The notes under the pieces: generated by a model
Database searches by the model: none
The model's input: only the letters and a program-made list of their open reading frames with translations
What the model was told of the DNA's origin: nothing
Assembly: GCA_965215365.1 (NCBI GenBank)
Contig: CBDCDS010000003.1
Location: forward strand, 632,383 to 696,382
DNA: 64,000 bases
Origin: Gammaproteobacteria bacterium
Lineage (GTDB): Bacteria > Pseudomonadota > Gammaproteobacteria > Eutrophobiales > Eutrophobiaceae
Direction of reading: 5' to 3'
Shown here: positions 9,097 through 19,991 of the stretch, one piece after another
Layout: each line of letters starts with the position of its first letter
Position numbering within the stretch: position 1 is the stretch's first letter
Translations under genes and position numbers: made by a program

Positions 9097-11712
9097 TCAG
9101 CCGCCGACTACGATGTTGACCAGGCGTTGCGGCACGACAATGATTCTGTCTATGGGCTTGCCGGCTAGGTGCCGTTGCACGTTTTCATCGGCCAGCGCCA
9201 GGGCCTTGATGTCGTCCTCGGTGGCTTGCGGCGAGACCAGCAGCTGTGCCCGTTTCCTGCCGTTTACCTGCACCACCAAGCGGAGCTCGTCGGCACTGAG
9301 CGCGGCCTCATCCACCTGCGGCCAGCGCGCGTCGACAAGTGGGGTGTCCTTGCCCATAGCGCGCCAGATGGCGTCGGTGATGTGTGGGATAATGGGAGAT
9401 AACAGCACGGTCATGACTTCCAGCCCCTCGCGCCGCAGCGCCTGATTGTTGTCGGATTGGGTGTCGTCGGAGCGGGTATTATCGGGCTGCTCACCCAGCC
9501 GGTTCAGGGCGTTCAATAACTCCATGACTGCGGCGATGGCCGTGTTGAACGTATAGCGCCGGCCAATATCGTCATTAACCTTGACAATGGTCTGATGAAT
9601 CTTGCGCCGCACCTGCCGTTGTTCCCGGGTATACGCGTGCGTCCCGGTCGAGGCGTTGCGGTAATTGTCACAGGCGAATTTCCACAGCCGCTTGAGGAAC
9701 CGGAAGGCGCCCTCAATCCCCGCGTCCGACCATTCCAGGCTTTGCTCGGGGGGGGCAGCAAACATGATGAACAGGCGCACGGTATCAGCACCGTATTGGT
9801 CGATGATGTCCTGCGGGTCGATGCCGTTGTTTTTCGATTTCGACATTTTCTCGCGTTTACCGATGGTGACCGGCTTGCCGTCCGCCTTCAGGGTTGCGGC
9901 AGTAATACGACCCTTCTCATCACGGGCAAACTCCAGTTCACTGAAGTTGTAGTAAGTCCTGTGCCCCTGTACCTCCCGGTAAAACGTTTCCGCTACCACC
10001 ATGCCTTGCGTCAGCAGGTTTGTGAACGGCTCACCATAGCGGGTAAGGCCTTGATCACGAGCCAGTTTCTGAAAAAATCTCGAATACAGCAAATGCAGCA
10101 CTGCGTGCTCAATACCGCCCACGTACTGGTCCACCGGCAGCCAATAATCGGCCCGTTCGTCGAGCATGGCCTGCCGGCTATCCGGGCAGCAAAAGCGCAT
10201 GAAATACCAGGAGGACTCGAAAAACGTATCAAACGTGTCGGTCTCGCGGCGCGCCGGCAAGCCGCTGTCCGGGTGGGTGGTTTGCAGAAAGTGTTCCAGT
10301 TCGTGCAGCGGCGAACGCACCCCGGACAACTCCACCTCCTCCGGCAGCAGCACGGGCAGGTCGGCAGCCGGCACTGCTGCCTCGGCGCCGTCCTCAGCCG
10401 TCACCACGGGGATGGGGCAACCCCAGTAACGTTGTCGGGAGATACCCCAGTCGCGCAGTCGGTAATTGACCTTGCGCCGGCCCCGGCCCAGGTCTTGCAG
10501 GCGTTGTGCAATCGCGGCAACGGCCTGGCTGGAACTCAGACCGTCAAATTCACCGGAGTTTTCCAGCAGGCCTTTTTCAACAAACGCGCCGCGCTCCGGA
10601 TCAGCGGCGGCATCAGTGGCGGCGGCTACCGGGCGAATGACCGGCTTGATCGGCAGCCGGTATTGGCGTGCGAACTGCCAGTCGCGGGCATCATGCGCCG
10701 GCACCCCCATCACCGCGCCGGCACCGTAACCCATGAGGATGAAATTCGCTACCCACACCGGCACGGTTTCCCCGCTGAGCGGGTGGGTGACATGTATCCC
10801 CAACGGCGCGCCGGCTTTTTCCATGGTTTCCAGTTCGGCCTCGGAGGTCGCGGCATTACGGTAGCGTTGCAGAAACGCGGCCACCTCCGGGTTGCTCGCC
10901 GCAGCCGCCACCGCAAGCGGATGCTCTATCGCCACCGCCATGTAACTGACGCCGAACAGTGTGTCCGGGCGGGTGGTGAACACCGTCAGGACGCCGCCGT
11001 CATTGAAGGGGAAATCTATCTCCACCCCTTCCGAGCGTCCAATCCAGTTGCGCTGCATGGTGCGCACTGATTCGGGCCAGCCGTGCAGGTTGTCCAGCTC
11101 GGCCAGCAACTCTTCGCTGTAGTCTGTGATCTTCAGAAACCACTGGGAAATCTCCTTCCTTTCCACCGGCGCGCCGGAGCGCCAGCCGCGGCCGTCGATG
11201 ACCTGTTCATTAGCCAGCACCGTCTGGTCGACAGGGTCCCAGTTGACCGGCGCGGTCTTCTTGTACACCAGTCCCTTGCGGTACAACTCGGTAAAAAACC
11301 ACTGCTCCCAGCGGTAATAGTCCGGCTTGCAGGTGGCCAGCTCCCGCTCCCAGTCGTAGGCAAACCCCAGTCGTTGTAACTGAGCGCGCATGTAATCGAT
11401 ATTCTGCTCGGTCCAGCGCGCCGGGGCTACCTGATTTTCTATGGCGGCGTTCTCCGCCGGCAGGCCGAAGGCATCCCAGCCCATGGGTTGCAGCACATTC
11501 TTGCCCTGCAGGCGCTGGTAGCGCGCAATCACGTCGCCGATGGTGTAATTGCGCACATGCCCTATATGCAGTTTGCCGCTGGGGTAGGGAAACATGGACA
11601 GGCAGTAGAACTTTTCCCGGTCGGGGTCCTCGGTGGCCTTAAATGCGCGCGTGGCCTTCCAGTTGGCCTGTACTTCCCGTTCGATGGTTTGGGGCTGGTA
11701 TGCGGTATCCAC
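9097..11712 (-). CDS. leuS: leucine--tRNA ligase
   Basis: 871 aa with class I aaRS HIGH (HIGHVRNY) and KMSKS motifs. Confidence 0.95.
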   Translation of the reverse strand: MDTAYQPQTIEREVQANWKATRAFKATEDPDREKFYCLSMFPYPSGKLHIGHVRNYTIGDVIARYQRLQGKNVLQPMGWDAFGLPAENAAIENQVAPARWTEQNIDYMRAQLQRLGFAYDWERELATCKPDYYRWEQWFFTELYRKGLVYKKTAPVNWDPVDQTVLANEQVIDGRGWRSGAPVERKEISQWFLKITDYSEELLAELDNLHGWPESVRTMQRNWIGRSEGVEIDFPFNDGGVLTVFTTRPDTLFGVSYMAVAIEHPLAVAAAASNPEVAAFLQRYRNAATSEAELETMEKAGAPLGIHVTHPLSGETVPVWVANFILMGYGAGAVMGVPAHDARDWQFARQYRLPIKPVIRPVAAATDAAADPERGAFVEKGLLENSGEFDGLSSSQAVAAIAQRLQDLGRGRRKVNYRLRDWGISRQRYWGCPIPVVTAEDGAEAAVPAADLPVLLPEEVELSGVRSPLHELEHFLQTTHPDSGLPARRETDTFDTFFESSWYFMRFCCPDSRQAMLDERADYWLPVDQYVGGIEHAVLHLLYSRFFQKLARDQGLTRYGEPFTNLLTQGMVVAETFYREVQGHRTYYNFSELEFARDEKGRITAATLKADGKPVTIGKREKMSKSKNNGIDPQDIIDQYGADTVRLFIMFAAPPEQSLEWSDAGIEGAFRFLKRLWKFACDNYRNASTGTHAYTREQRQVRRKIHQTIVKVNDDIGRRYTFNTAIAAVMELLNALNRLGEQPDNTRSDDTQSDNNQALRREGLEVMTVLLSPIIPHITDAIWRAMGKDTPLVDARWPQVDEAALSADELRLVVQVNGRKRAQLLVSPQATEDDIKALALADENVQRHLAGKPIDRIIVVPQRLVNIVVGG

Positions 11713-11809
11713 GTAGTCTGCGCGCCGGTGTATGAAAACGTGAAGGATACCGCAAACAGGGAGCGGGGAACAGTGACCACCGTCCCCCGCCGCAGTTTCC
11801 CCCTCCCGC

Positions 11810-12082
11810 CTATTCCGGCAGTTCGCCGACAGTCAGCACATCCTTGTTCTTTTCTATCAGCTTCGGCCCTATACCTCTTATGTCAGTCAATTCCTGTACC
11901 GACCTGAATCCGCCGTGCTGTTCCCGGTAGTCGATGATCCGCTCGGCGTAGGACGCGCCGATACCGCGCAAGGTCATCAGTGTATCCCTGTCTGCCGTGT
12001 TGATATCAATCATCCCCTCGGCAAACAGCGCGAGGGGCAGGCAGAGCAAGACAAGGGCTGTGAGTTTCCTGAATAGTTGCAT
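11810..12082 (-). CDS. comEA: ComEA-like helix-hairpin-helix DNA-binding (competence) protein
   Basis: 90 aa with a signal peptide and tandem HhH ([24 protein letters not shown] ... [15 protein letters not shown]). Confidence 0.8.
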   Translation of the reverse strand: MQLFRKLTALVLLCLPLALFAEGMIDINTADRDTLMTLRGIGASYAERIIDYREQHGGFRSVQELTDIRGIGPKLIEKNKDVLTVGELPE

Positions 12083-12393
12083 AATGGTCTCCTTCAGTTA
12101 ACAGGTTTAAGTTCCGTGATCCTTATAACCACGCAGTAAAAAGAACCTCTGATTGCCAGAGGCGACCTGAAGTCTAGCAACAGCGCGCCGGTTGCACAGG
12201 AAAAAATTGGCAAAAATGTGGGAAAAGTCACATTTTTGCGAAAATTTTTGTGACGTTGTTCGTCTCGCACCCTTTGTGGGTCGATTTTGCCATCCACAAT
12301 GATGCTGATGCGACAGTTGTAATCCGCTTTGCGGACCTATCGAGCGCATACTGGCGAGCGTTATCTTCCTGGGCAGGCGACATAACGCAACGG

Positions 12394-12861
12394 TCAGCCG
12401 GCCGGATCCGCGGGAACGGCGTCCATGTCCAAGCGGGTTTCTATCCTGGCTACGCGTTCGCTTAGTGCGTACACCTGTTCTCGCAGAACGGCGATCTCTT
12501 CTCGCAGAATATCGATCTCGTCCCTGATGTCGGCAAATTGGGCTTGCATTTCCGCGCGCAGCTTGTTGATCTCGGTGTGCAGCTCGGTGCGCAAGTCGGT
12601 GCGCAAGTCGCTGATCTGTATTTGTATATCGCGCTGCAAACCCATGATAGCCGCATACAAAAACCCCTGGCTGGAGAGAATGGCTGCCAGCGCAATACCC
12701 ACCAGCCATTGCGCCTGCCGGAATTCACGCCAGCGCACCACATCATCGTCCGGGCGACCGGCGGGGCGGGACGTTACGCCCTGTTGGCGGACATCATCTG
12801 CAGGATTGGATGTATCGGGGCGCATGCCGTTCATAGTCGTTTCCATGAGTTTTACCTCCAT
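12394..12861 (-). CDS. hypothetical single-pass membrane protein with a long coiled-coil domain
   Basis: 155 aa with one TM helix (WLVGIALAAILSSQGFLYAAIMG) followed by heptad repeats. No recognisable family. Confidence 0.4.
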   Translation of the reverse strand: MEVKLMETTMNGMRPDTSNPADDVRQQGVTSRPAGRPDDDVVRWREFRQAQWLVGIALAAILSSQGFLYAAIMGLQRDIQIQISDLRTDLRTELHTEINKLRAEMQAQFADIRDEIDILREEIAVLREQVYALSERVARIETRLDMDAVPADPAG

Positions 12862-13323
12862 GGTGTTATTCGGTTCCTGTCCAGCGGTGCCTCACCGCCG
12901 ATCTTGTTTCAAAGTATAGCCGTGGGAGCAAAAATAGCAAGCATTTATTTGCGGCGCAAGTTTCACCTGCCACGGGCTGTTTACATCCCTGCCCCTAACC
13001 CGCAATCGTCCTGCATCAGGCCGGAACAGATCAGTAATACCAATGAACCGGTGCTACGGCGCATCACGGTAAAGGTTGGCGCTGACCCTGACAACACAGG
13101 ACGGGTTTATCAGGCGACCGGAGTAATCAGGGGGCTTCCAGTCTGTACACGATTGTGTTATAACGCTGAGGTATGCTGTGTACAACCTGTTTGTTTTCCG
13201 GTATGGCGCCGGGGTGTTGCGGTTATGCACAGGCAGTCAAGCGCATGTCAACATGGACAAACACCGTAAATAAAATATAAACTTTTGATTTATAAGTAAA
13301 AAAAACATAATCCAGAACTACTG

Positions 13324-14445
13324 TTGCCCTATAAACACAATACTATGAATATAACCTTAAATAGAGAACAACTGTTACCTGCCTTGTCTGATCTGAATGG
13401 TGTTGTTGAATCCAGGCCGGCCTTGGCAATTCTGGCCAATGTCCTGATCAATATTTCGCCCCAGGAAATCAGGCTGACGACAACAGATATGGAAGTTGAA
13501 CTTTCCGAAGCTATCCCAGGCGAGTTTGGAGAAACGGGGGAAATTACTGTTCCGGCGCGCAAGCTCTTGGACATTTGCCGGACTTTGCCGGAAGCCGCCG
13601 AGATCGCACTGACAGTTGAGGACGAACGGGTAAATGTGGCCTCTGGCAGAAGCCGATTCTCCTTGTTGTCACTGCCGGCACAGGAGTTTCCGAGAGTGGA
13701 ACCCGGCCAGACCGACGTCAGTTTTTCGTTATCGCAGGCGGTGTTCAAGTCGTTGCTGGAGCGTACCGCCTTTGCCATGGCTAGGCAGGATGTGCGCTAT
13801 TACCTGAATGGAGTCCTGTTGGAGGCGGAGGCAGGGCAGCTGCGCGCGGTCGCCACGGACGGACACCGGCTGGCCCTGTGTGAAGTTGACATTACGTTTC
13901 CCGCGGAGGAGAAAAAACAGTTAATCATGCCAAGGAAAGGCGTCATGGAGCTGCTGCGCTTGCTGCATGACTCGGAAGACGAGGTGGAAATCGTCATGAG
14001 CGGAAATCATATCCGCATTGTCAGGGGCGACCTGATCTTCACCAGTAAACTGATAGACGGCAAATACCCGGATTACAACCGGGTCATCCCGGCCCCGGCC
14101 CAACAGCCCGTGCTGGCCCAACGGGAGATATTGAAGCGGAGTCTCGGCCGCGCCTCAATACTATCCACCGACAAATACCGGGGGGTGAGAATAACGCTGG
14201 AAGAAAACAAACTCAGCGCAAACGTCCACAATCCTGAACAGGAACAGGCCGAGGACGAGATTGACGTCGAGTATTCGGGAGAGAAGCTGGAAGTCGGCTT
14301 CAACGTGAGTTATCTGCTTGACGCAGTCAGTATTATTCAGACCGACAAGGTAAAACTTTCCATCTCATCTCCGAAAAGCGGCTGTCTGGTATTGCCTGAG
14401 GAAGGCGAAGGGTGCAAGTACATCGTCATGCCGTTGATGCTTTAA
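13324..14445 (+). CDS. dnaN: DNA polymerase III beta sliding clamp (true start probably ATG at 13345)
   Basis: Full-length DnaN-like sequence (LSLLSLPAQEFP etc.). No dnaA is present upstream. Confidence 0.9.
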   Translation: MPYKHNTMNITLNREQLLPALSDLNGVVESRPALAILANVLINISPQEIRLTTTDMEVELSEAIPGEFGETGEITVPARKLLDICRTLPEAAEIALTVEDERVNVASGRSRFSLLSLPAQEFPRVEPGQTDVSFSLSQAVFKSLLERTAFAMARQDVRYYLNGVLLEAEAGQLRAVATDGHRLALCEVDITFPAEEKKQLIMPRKGVMELLRLLHDSEDEVEIVMSGNHIRIVRGDLIFTSKLIDGKYPDYNRVIPAPAQQPVLAQREILKRSLGRASILSTDKYRGVRITLEENKLSANVHNPEQEQAEDEIDVEYSGEKLEVGFNVSYLLDAVSIIQTDKVKLSISSPKSGCLVLPEEGEGCKYIVMPLML

Positions 14446-14493
14446 CCCGCATATCTCACCAAGTCACTTGTTTTAACACTGCTATCGCAGCCG

Positions 14494-15582
14494 ATGCGCA
14501 TTGAATGGCTGCACATCCGAAACGTTCGTAACCTGTCGGAACTGAGGTTAGAGCCGGCCGCCGGGCTTAACCTGATCTGTGGCCCGAACGGTAGCGGCAA
14601 GACGGCGCTGTTGGAAGCTATCTATTTTCTGGGGCGCTGTCGCTCATTTCGCACTGCCGCCATACAGCGGGTTATCCGCAACCAGCAACGCGCATTGCAG
14701 GTCAGCGCCGGATTGCTGCTTACCGATCAGCGTCGAATTGTTACGGGGGTGGAGCGCAGCCGGACGGCGCTCGATATCCGTTACAACAACACCACTGTGC
14801 ACAAGGTGTCCGAACAGGCAGCGCAGCTCCCCGTTATTACAATTATTCCGGAAAGCCACAGACTGGTTTCTGGCAGCCCGATATACCGCAGACGCTGGTT
14901 GGACTGGGCCATGTTTCACGTGGAACCACACTATATCAATCTCTGGCGGGACTATTACAAGGCGTTAAAACAGCGCAACAGCTTGCTTCGCTCGAACAGG
15001 GTCGAACAACTGGGTGCATGGGAACAAGCCATGGCGCGTGCCGCAGAAGCTATGACCGCACAGCGTACCGGCTTTATCGACGAACTGGCGGTGGCTATGA
15101 GCGCAGCCGCCCGGCGCTTGCAGATTGCACAAACTACGCTGGAATATGAGTGTGGTTGGCAGGCAGACACTGAGTTAGCCTCATTCCTCGCAGAGCAACG
15201 CAAAGGCGATCAGGAAAGAGGCACAACGCGACAAGGACTGCACCGCAGCGATATGACCATCCACCACGAGGGGAGGGAAGTCGGGCATTTTTATTCACGC
15301 GGGCAGATTAAGCTGTGCATTATTGCACTGTCGCTGGCCCTGGATAGTGTGTTCAGGAAGCGCACCGGGCGCATCCCGCTGATCTTGGCGGACGACCTGC
15401 CGGCGGAGTTGGATCAGAACAGCTTGCTGCGCGTTGTGGATGGATTGGCCGGGCAGGGGAGTCAGGTTTTCATCACTTCAACAGACTCGATTCCGGCAGT
15501 TTCACAGCATCCGCTAAAATTGTTTCACGTGGAACAGGGGCAGATTACCGACTCGGTGTTGTCCGGGTTCAGAAACAAGTGA
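14494..15582 (+). CDS. recF: DNA replication and repair protein RecF
   Basis: Walker A GPNGSGKT. RecF family; conserved position after dnaN. Confidence 0.9.
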   Translation: MRIEWLHIRNVRNLSELRLEPAAGLNLICGPNGSGKTALLEAIYFLGRCRSFRTAAIQRVIRNQQRALQVSAGLLLTDQRRIVTGVERSRTALDIRYNNTTVHKVSEQAAQLPVITIIPESHRLVSGSPIYRRRWLDWAMFHVEPHYINLWRDYYKALKQRNSLLRSNRVEQLGAWEQAMARAAEAMTAQRTGFIDELAVAMSAAARRLQIAQTTLEYECGWQADTELASFLAEQRKGDQERGTTRQGLHRSDMTIHHEGREVGHFYSRGQIKLCIIALSLALDSVFRKRTGRIPLILADDLPAELDQNSLLRVVDGLAGQGSQVFITSTDSIPAVSQHPLKLFHVEQGQITDSVLSGFRNK

Positions 15583-15613
15583 GACTCGAATAGACAAAAA
15601 ATCGGGTAGTGAA

Positions 15614-16045
15614 GTGTGTAAAGTGATTTCGATTAACTTACACAGGAGGACTACCCGATGCAGATCAAAAGGTAAGCGGGTGAAATCATATCGCAGTTGG
15701 CGCGTGGATGATACTACCGATGCTGACGCGCGCGGTCGTTTGAAGCAGTTGGAATGGGTTGCGACGTTACGCGAGGATGGGTGTGGTGAGGCGACGGCAC
15801 TGGCAGCAGTAGGTGGGTCGAGGGCGACCTACAACGGCTGTGTAGAACGCGCCAATGCCACCAGCCGCTATGAGTTCTATCCGTTCTACGAGGGTCCACT
15901 GACCGTGGCGGCCATCAACCGCAAACTGGCCGAGTATCAGCAATACTACAATACCTACCGCCCGCATGACGGTATTGGTTTATTAACCCCAATGGAGTAT
16001 TATCAACAACTCACACAGCCTGCCTCTGAGTCTCATATGTATTGA
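15614..16045 (+). pseudogene. integrase-core (rve) transposase C-terminal fragment, IS3/IS481-type
   Basis: Ends with ...YYNTYRPHDGIGLLTPMEYYQQL, a typical rve C-terminus. The N-terminal part is not transposase-like and there is no DDE N-terminus. Confidence 0.55.
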
Positions 16046-16060
16046 ACCTGGACAATCCGG

Positions 16061-16440
16061 TTGACACAGCATCAGCCGCAGTCCATACTGGCCGTACTAT
16101 GTCCGCTAAGTTTATCTGGCTCAATCTCGCCGGTTTGGGCCGTGACGGGCAAGATCGGCGCGTTCTTGCTGGTGTGGGGTTTCATTATTTGTCCGCTCAT
16201 TGCCATCAATGACTTAGCGCGATTGCTGGACAACATACTACACAGATGGGACGAGTAACCCAAATACTGCTGTGGATCAGCGTGGCCCTGGTGGTGGTCT
16301 GGCCGGCGCTGTTCCTGATTGTGCTGTTGGTGTGGGGATATATCATCTTGCCGATCATCCTGTTGCGGCTGCTGTATCTCTGGTGGCGGTTGCTGGTGGA
16401 CGGCCCCTCAGCCCTCGGCCAGCCGCACGAGCTCCCGTGA
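16061..16440 (+). CDS. two tiny overlapping hydrophobic ORFs (65 and 64 aa), hypothetical membrane peptides
   Basis: Hydrophobic composition only. Could equally be non-coding. Confidence 0.15.
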
Positions 16441-16647
16441 CACCACGTTGAGTTGACCGAGCAGGCGCGGGCCCGGGCGGATGTGCAGCCAGCGACACAG
16501 CGCTAACGCCTGCTCGTAGTCCAGACCGGCCACGCCGCCCAGCGGTAAGGTGTGGATGACGGCGGGGGCGCCCTGTATCAGGATGCGGATGGCATCGTGA
16601 TTGACCGGCAGCACATCGCAATCCTCGCCTCCCCACCAGGCCTGCAC
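16408..16647 (-). CDS. gpT-like frameshift extension of the tail assembly chaperone (G/GT arrangement)
   Basis: 79-aa ORF in a different frame directly after the gpG-like ORF. Contains a G..GLDYEQALALCRWL segment resembling the conserved GT-extension region. Confidence 0.4.
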   Translation of the reverse strand: MQAWWGGEDCDVLPVNHDAIRILIQGAPAVIHTLPLGGVAGLDYEQALALCRWLHIRPGPRLLGQLNVVSRELVRLAEG

Positions 16648-16655
16648 CGCCGCCG

Positions 16656-17000
16656 TCAGTTTCCCAGGGCGCGCGCCTCACCGAGTACCGCTCCGATATA
16701 CGCCGTGACCACCGCCGTGCGCACCCGCGGACGGGCGGTGAGCAGGTCGCGATTCGTCTCATTGAACGCCAGCGCCTTGCCGGCGGAGTCGGTTACATCG
16801 TCCCAACCAATCAGCACCCGGTTGACCAGGGCAATATCCGCGCGCGGCGCATCGAGCAGCGCATCGAGCTCAGCTTGCGTGAGCTCGACAAAGCGGGCGG
16901 TAAAGGTCTGCTTGTCGTGACCACTGCCGCCCGGCGCGGACACGCTCACCGGCATGGTGAACTCGCTGCTCTGCTCGGGTGTCAATAATTTTAATGTCAT
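16656..17000 (-). CDS. phage/GTA tail assembly chaperone, gpG-like
   Basis: 114 aa. Position and size are typical of gpG. Immediately followed by a gpT-like ORF in the -1 frame. Confidence 0.45.
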   Translation of the reverse strand: MTLKLLTPEQSSEFTMPVSVSAPGGSGHDKQTFTARFVELTQAELDALLDAPRADIALVNRVLIGWDDVTDSAGKALAFNETNRDLLTARPRVRTAVVTAYIGAVLGEARALGN

Positions 17001-17350
17001 GTGCTATACTCCTGATTATGTGTCGTGCTCTGATACTCACCGCTCTGCTCACGCTGCCCGTAGTGGCGCTGGCGCACGAGCCCCACTGGTTGCCGCCGGC
17101 GCCCTGGGGTGTGAATCCTTGTGATCTGCCCCGGGTGCGGTGCCCGCTGGCACTGATCAATATCCATGATAATCTGGTCTTAGCGCAACGGCGCCAGGAC
17201 ACCACGCAAGAGCGTTACTGGCTGGACCGGCTGGCGGGGTGGTACGCTTACAACCCCGACTACCGCCACCACCTGCATCCGCACCGCTAGACCGCCGGGT
17301 CTTATTCGTTGTTCCTCCCATGGCCCCGAAGCCGTCCCGGCGGCGGTGCG

Positions 17351-17924
17351 TTATGTCGCCTGGCCGTTGATGATCAAGGCCGGGCCGCTGGGCGGCTGTA
17401 AAATCTCGGCATTGAGTTGCAGCTGCTGCTCGGCGCTACGCCCGGCGGCTTTCATGGCCGCCTCGCCGGCGGGCGAGATGGCGCACAGCGGCGCATAATA
17501 GTCATTGCCGCGCCCGAAGGCGGCGGTCTCAAGATAGCGCACCCCGCGCCGGATTTGGCGCACCTCGCCGGTGATGGCCTGCTCGACGGTACCCGCCACC
17601 GGCGTGTAGGTCACTTTCAGCACATTGTCGGCCTTAATCTTGCCGCCCGGCTCAATGTACAGCCGGGCGCGCGCAGCGTCTAAGGTGTAATCGTCACCGG
17701 CCTTGGCCATCTTGCTCGCCGCCGATGGAATCGCCCAAGTAGCGCTCGCCGATGGGCGCATCGGCGTCGCTCAGGTCAACGAGGTAGAACTCGCCGGCGC
17801 CGATGATGATGTTCGATTTGCCATGTTTGTCTGTGGCTAAGCTCATAGTGTGTCTCCTAGGTCGGGTGGCTCTGTAACAGTCGTTCGCTCTGATAGCGTT
17901 GGCCGTACCACACCACGCCGGCAA
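17351..17924 (-). pseudogene. phage/GTA major tail protein-like gene disrupted by a frameshift
   Basis: Two overlapping ORFs in different frames (17694..17924 and 17351..17761), beta-rich tail-tube-like sequence, upstream of the chaperone pair. Confidence 0.35.
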
Positions 17925-18467
17925 AGTGTTCCGGGCCGACGATCCGATCTGGAAAACCCACTACCCGCCGAACGGGTTCGGCTGCCGCAGCCGACGAGCT
18001 GGGCAAGATCAGTGTCCCCAAACTGGAAGGGGCGCCACCGGCTATCGCCCGCCCGCACGTGCAGGACGCGCTGGATTATGGCGAGGTGTTGATTGACCAG
18101 CCGGAATCTTATGAAAGGCAAGGCAAACGTCACACGCTGATCGCCTATTACGAGGATGACGGCTGGTGGCGACACGTCATCGAAGTGCGGCACAAGCAAC
18201 TGCTGCTGCTGACAGCATTTCGAGACGAATATTCTGATATACGCACCGAGGATGTACTGCGCCGCCCGGGCCTGGTGACCGTGAGAGACTGGGACGAGAA
18301 CCGCTGGCGGGACAGACCGAAAGAGAGTGGGAAGTGAAGCATGGAAGGCGAATATCTCCACGGGCTCCCCGGCACAATCCGCTATGGATAGCCGGGTTCT
18401 ACGGTAAATCTGTACTCTACCTCACTTCCCAGAGTGCAGTATAACACAAAATGAAAACAGAACGTAA

Positions 18468-19991
18468 CTACTCGCCCCCCTTACCCTGATCTCTTGTTCT
18501 GATCTGGTTTTTCTTAACCGTTTTATTTTTGAGCGGTTTTTCCACCATGGTGGCGGCGTCTCCCTTGAGTGCTATCTCGATGGCGGCGAGGGGATTGTAG
18601 CCCTTCAGGGTCATAGACTGCAAGTAGCTGGAGATGCGGCAGTAGGTGTCGGCGTAGGCGGTGGTTCGGAAGCAGCCGGAGACTTTTTGTTTGACTTTAG
18701 CCATACGGATATCGCGTTCGGCGCGGTTGTTGGTGAACGGCACGTTGGGGTCGCGGGCGAAGCGGAGGACTTCGGTTTCGTACTTGACGAGGGCATCATG
18801 GAGGTTTTGTGCCTCACATTGGGCAATCCGTCCGCGTTGGCCGGTGAGCCGTTTCGGGGGTGTGGGGAGTTCCCGTTTGGCTTGTGTCAGGATAGTCCGG
18901 TAGCGGGTGCGCAGGGACTGGTAGTCGGTCTCGCTGAGTGCCTTGTTTTTATGTGTGCGCACCTGTCGGCAGGTCTTGAGCAGGAGGCGGCTCATACGTT
19001 GGGCCCAGGCATGGCCGTGGGCGTCCTCGATAAAGGCCAAGTTACGCAACAGGTGACTGCCGCACAGGGCATGCTCGCAGTTGTCATAGGCGAAGTAGCT
19101 GGCCCAGCGGTCGTGCACGAGAACACCGCCGTAGCGGGGGACGATGCCGATGTCCTTGAGGGCGTCCCCGCCCCGCTTGCGGTGGCAGTGTTTCAGTACC
19201 AGGTTCCCGGCACTGGTGCTGTGCAGCCAGTGTTGTGTGCGGTCGATGCGCAAGGAGGTCTCATCGGCGTGCAGCACGGGCTCTGTGAGCAGGCGGGCGA
19301 TAGCCGCCCGCTCCCACCCGGCCAGGGCCTCATGCACCCGCGTGAGCCAGGCCAGTAAGGTCGCCTCGGCGACGGCGCGCCCGGTCAGTGCATGAAGTGT
19401 CTGCGCCGTACGTTTGAGCGAGAGCATTTGGGCCGTTAACAGGTGCGTGGCGAAAGCCACGATGCCAGGGCCGTATTGTAAAGGCCCCGGCATGTCATCG
19501 GGAAACGCCCCGTGGGTCTCAGTGCCACAGCGCGGACAGGTTTTTATCTCGGCGTCAATGGTCAACTCGGTCGTCTCGAAGACTATATCGACCTTGACTC
19601 GTCGCACATGGCCGGTGGGGGCGGTGCCTTTGAGATCATGCCCGCAGGCCCGGCAGCCGGTCACGGGCACCGTGCGGGTCTGAGCCACCACGCGCCGGGA
19701 CGCGCTGGGCACCGTCCCGGTCTGCGGCCCCTTGCCCTGCTTGCCGGGCCGTGTGCGCGCACTGTCATCGGGGTCGGTGCGGGAACTGGGCAGGCTGGAG
19801 TTGTGCGCCCCCTTCGGTGTGGTCTTCTCTAAGAACACCGCCAGCAGCAACTCGAATAGCAGCAACATCGACTCGAACAGCGCACGCCCTTCGGGACTCA
19901 GCGCGCCGTCGGCGCACAACGCCTTAAAACGCATTCGGATGGCCTCGAACTCCGCACGCAATGAGGCCTTGTTCACCGTGGCCATGTGCAC
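18468..19991 (-). CDS. IS66-family transposase (TnpC-type)
   Basis: 507 aa with HADETSLRI, CGSHLLRNL and NNRAERDIRMAKVKQKVSGCFRT, the hallmark IS66 TnpC motifs. Confidence 0.85.
   Translation of the reverse strand: MHMATVNKASLRAEFEAIRMRFKALCADGALSPEGRALFESMLLLFELLLAVFLEKTTPKGAHNSSLPSSRTDPDDSARTRPGKQGKGPQTGTVPSASRRVVAQTRTVPVTGCRACGHDLKGTAPTGHVRRVKVDIVFETTELTIDAEIKTCPRCGTETHGAFPDDMPGPLQYGPGIVAFATHLLTAQMLSLKRTAQTLHALTGRAVAEATLLAWLTRVHEALAGWERAAIARLLTEPVLHADETSLRIDRTQHWLHSTSAGNLVLKHCHRKRGGDALKDIGIVPRYGGVLVHDRWASYFAYDNCEHALCGSHLLRNLAFIEDAHGHAWAQRMSRLLLKTCRQVRTHKNKALSETDYQSLRTRYRTILTQAKRELPTPPKRLTGQRGRIAQCEAQNLHDALVKYETEVLRFARDPNVPFTNNRAERDIRMAKVKQKVSGCFRTTAYADTYCRISSYLQSMTLKGYNPLAAIEIALKGDAATMVEKPLKNKTVKKNQIRTRDQGKGGE

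Noticed and set aside
13222-13230. Single DnaA-box-like TTATGCACA upstream of dnaN as an origin marker
   Set aside because: An isolated 9-mer is expected by chance. The same 9-mer also occurs inside the IS-flanking repeat at 2925.
18059-18337. 92-aa + strand ORF (RHTLIAYYEDDGWWRHVIEV), considered as a small toxin
   Set aside because: It has no clear family match, uses a GTG start continuous with an upstream open frame, and overlaps equally long minus-strand ORFs. Coding status is unresolved.
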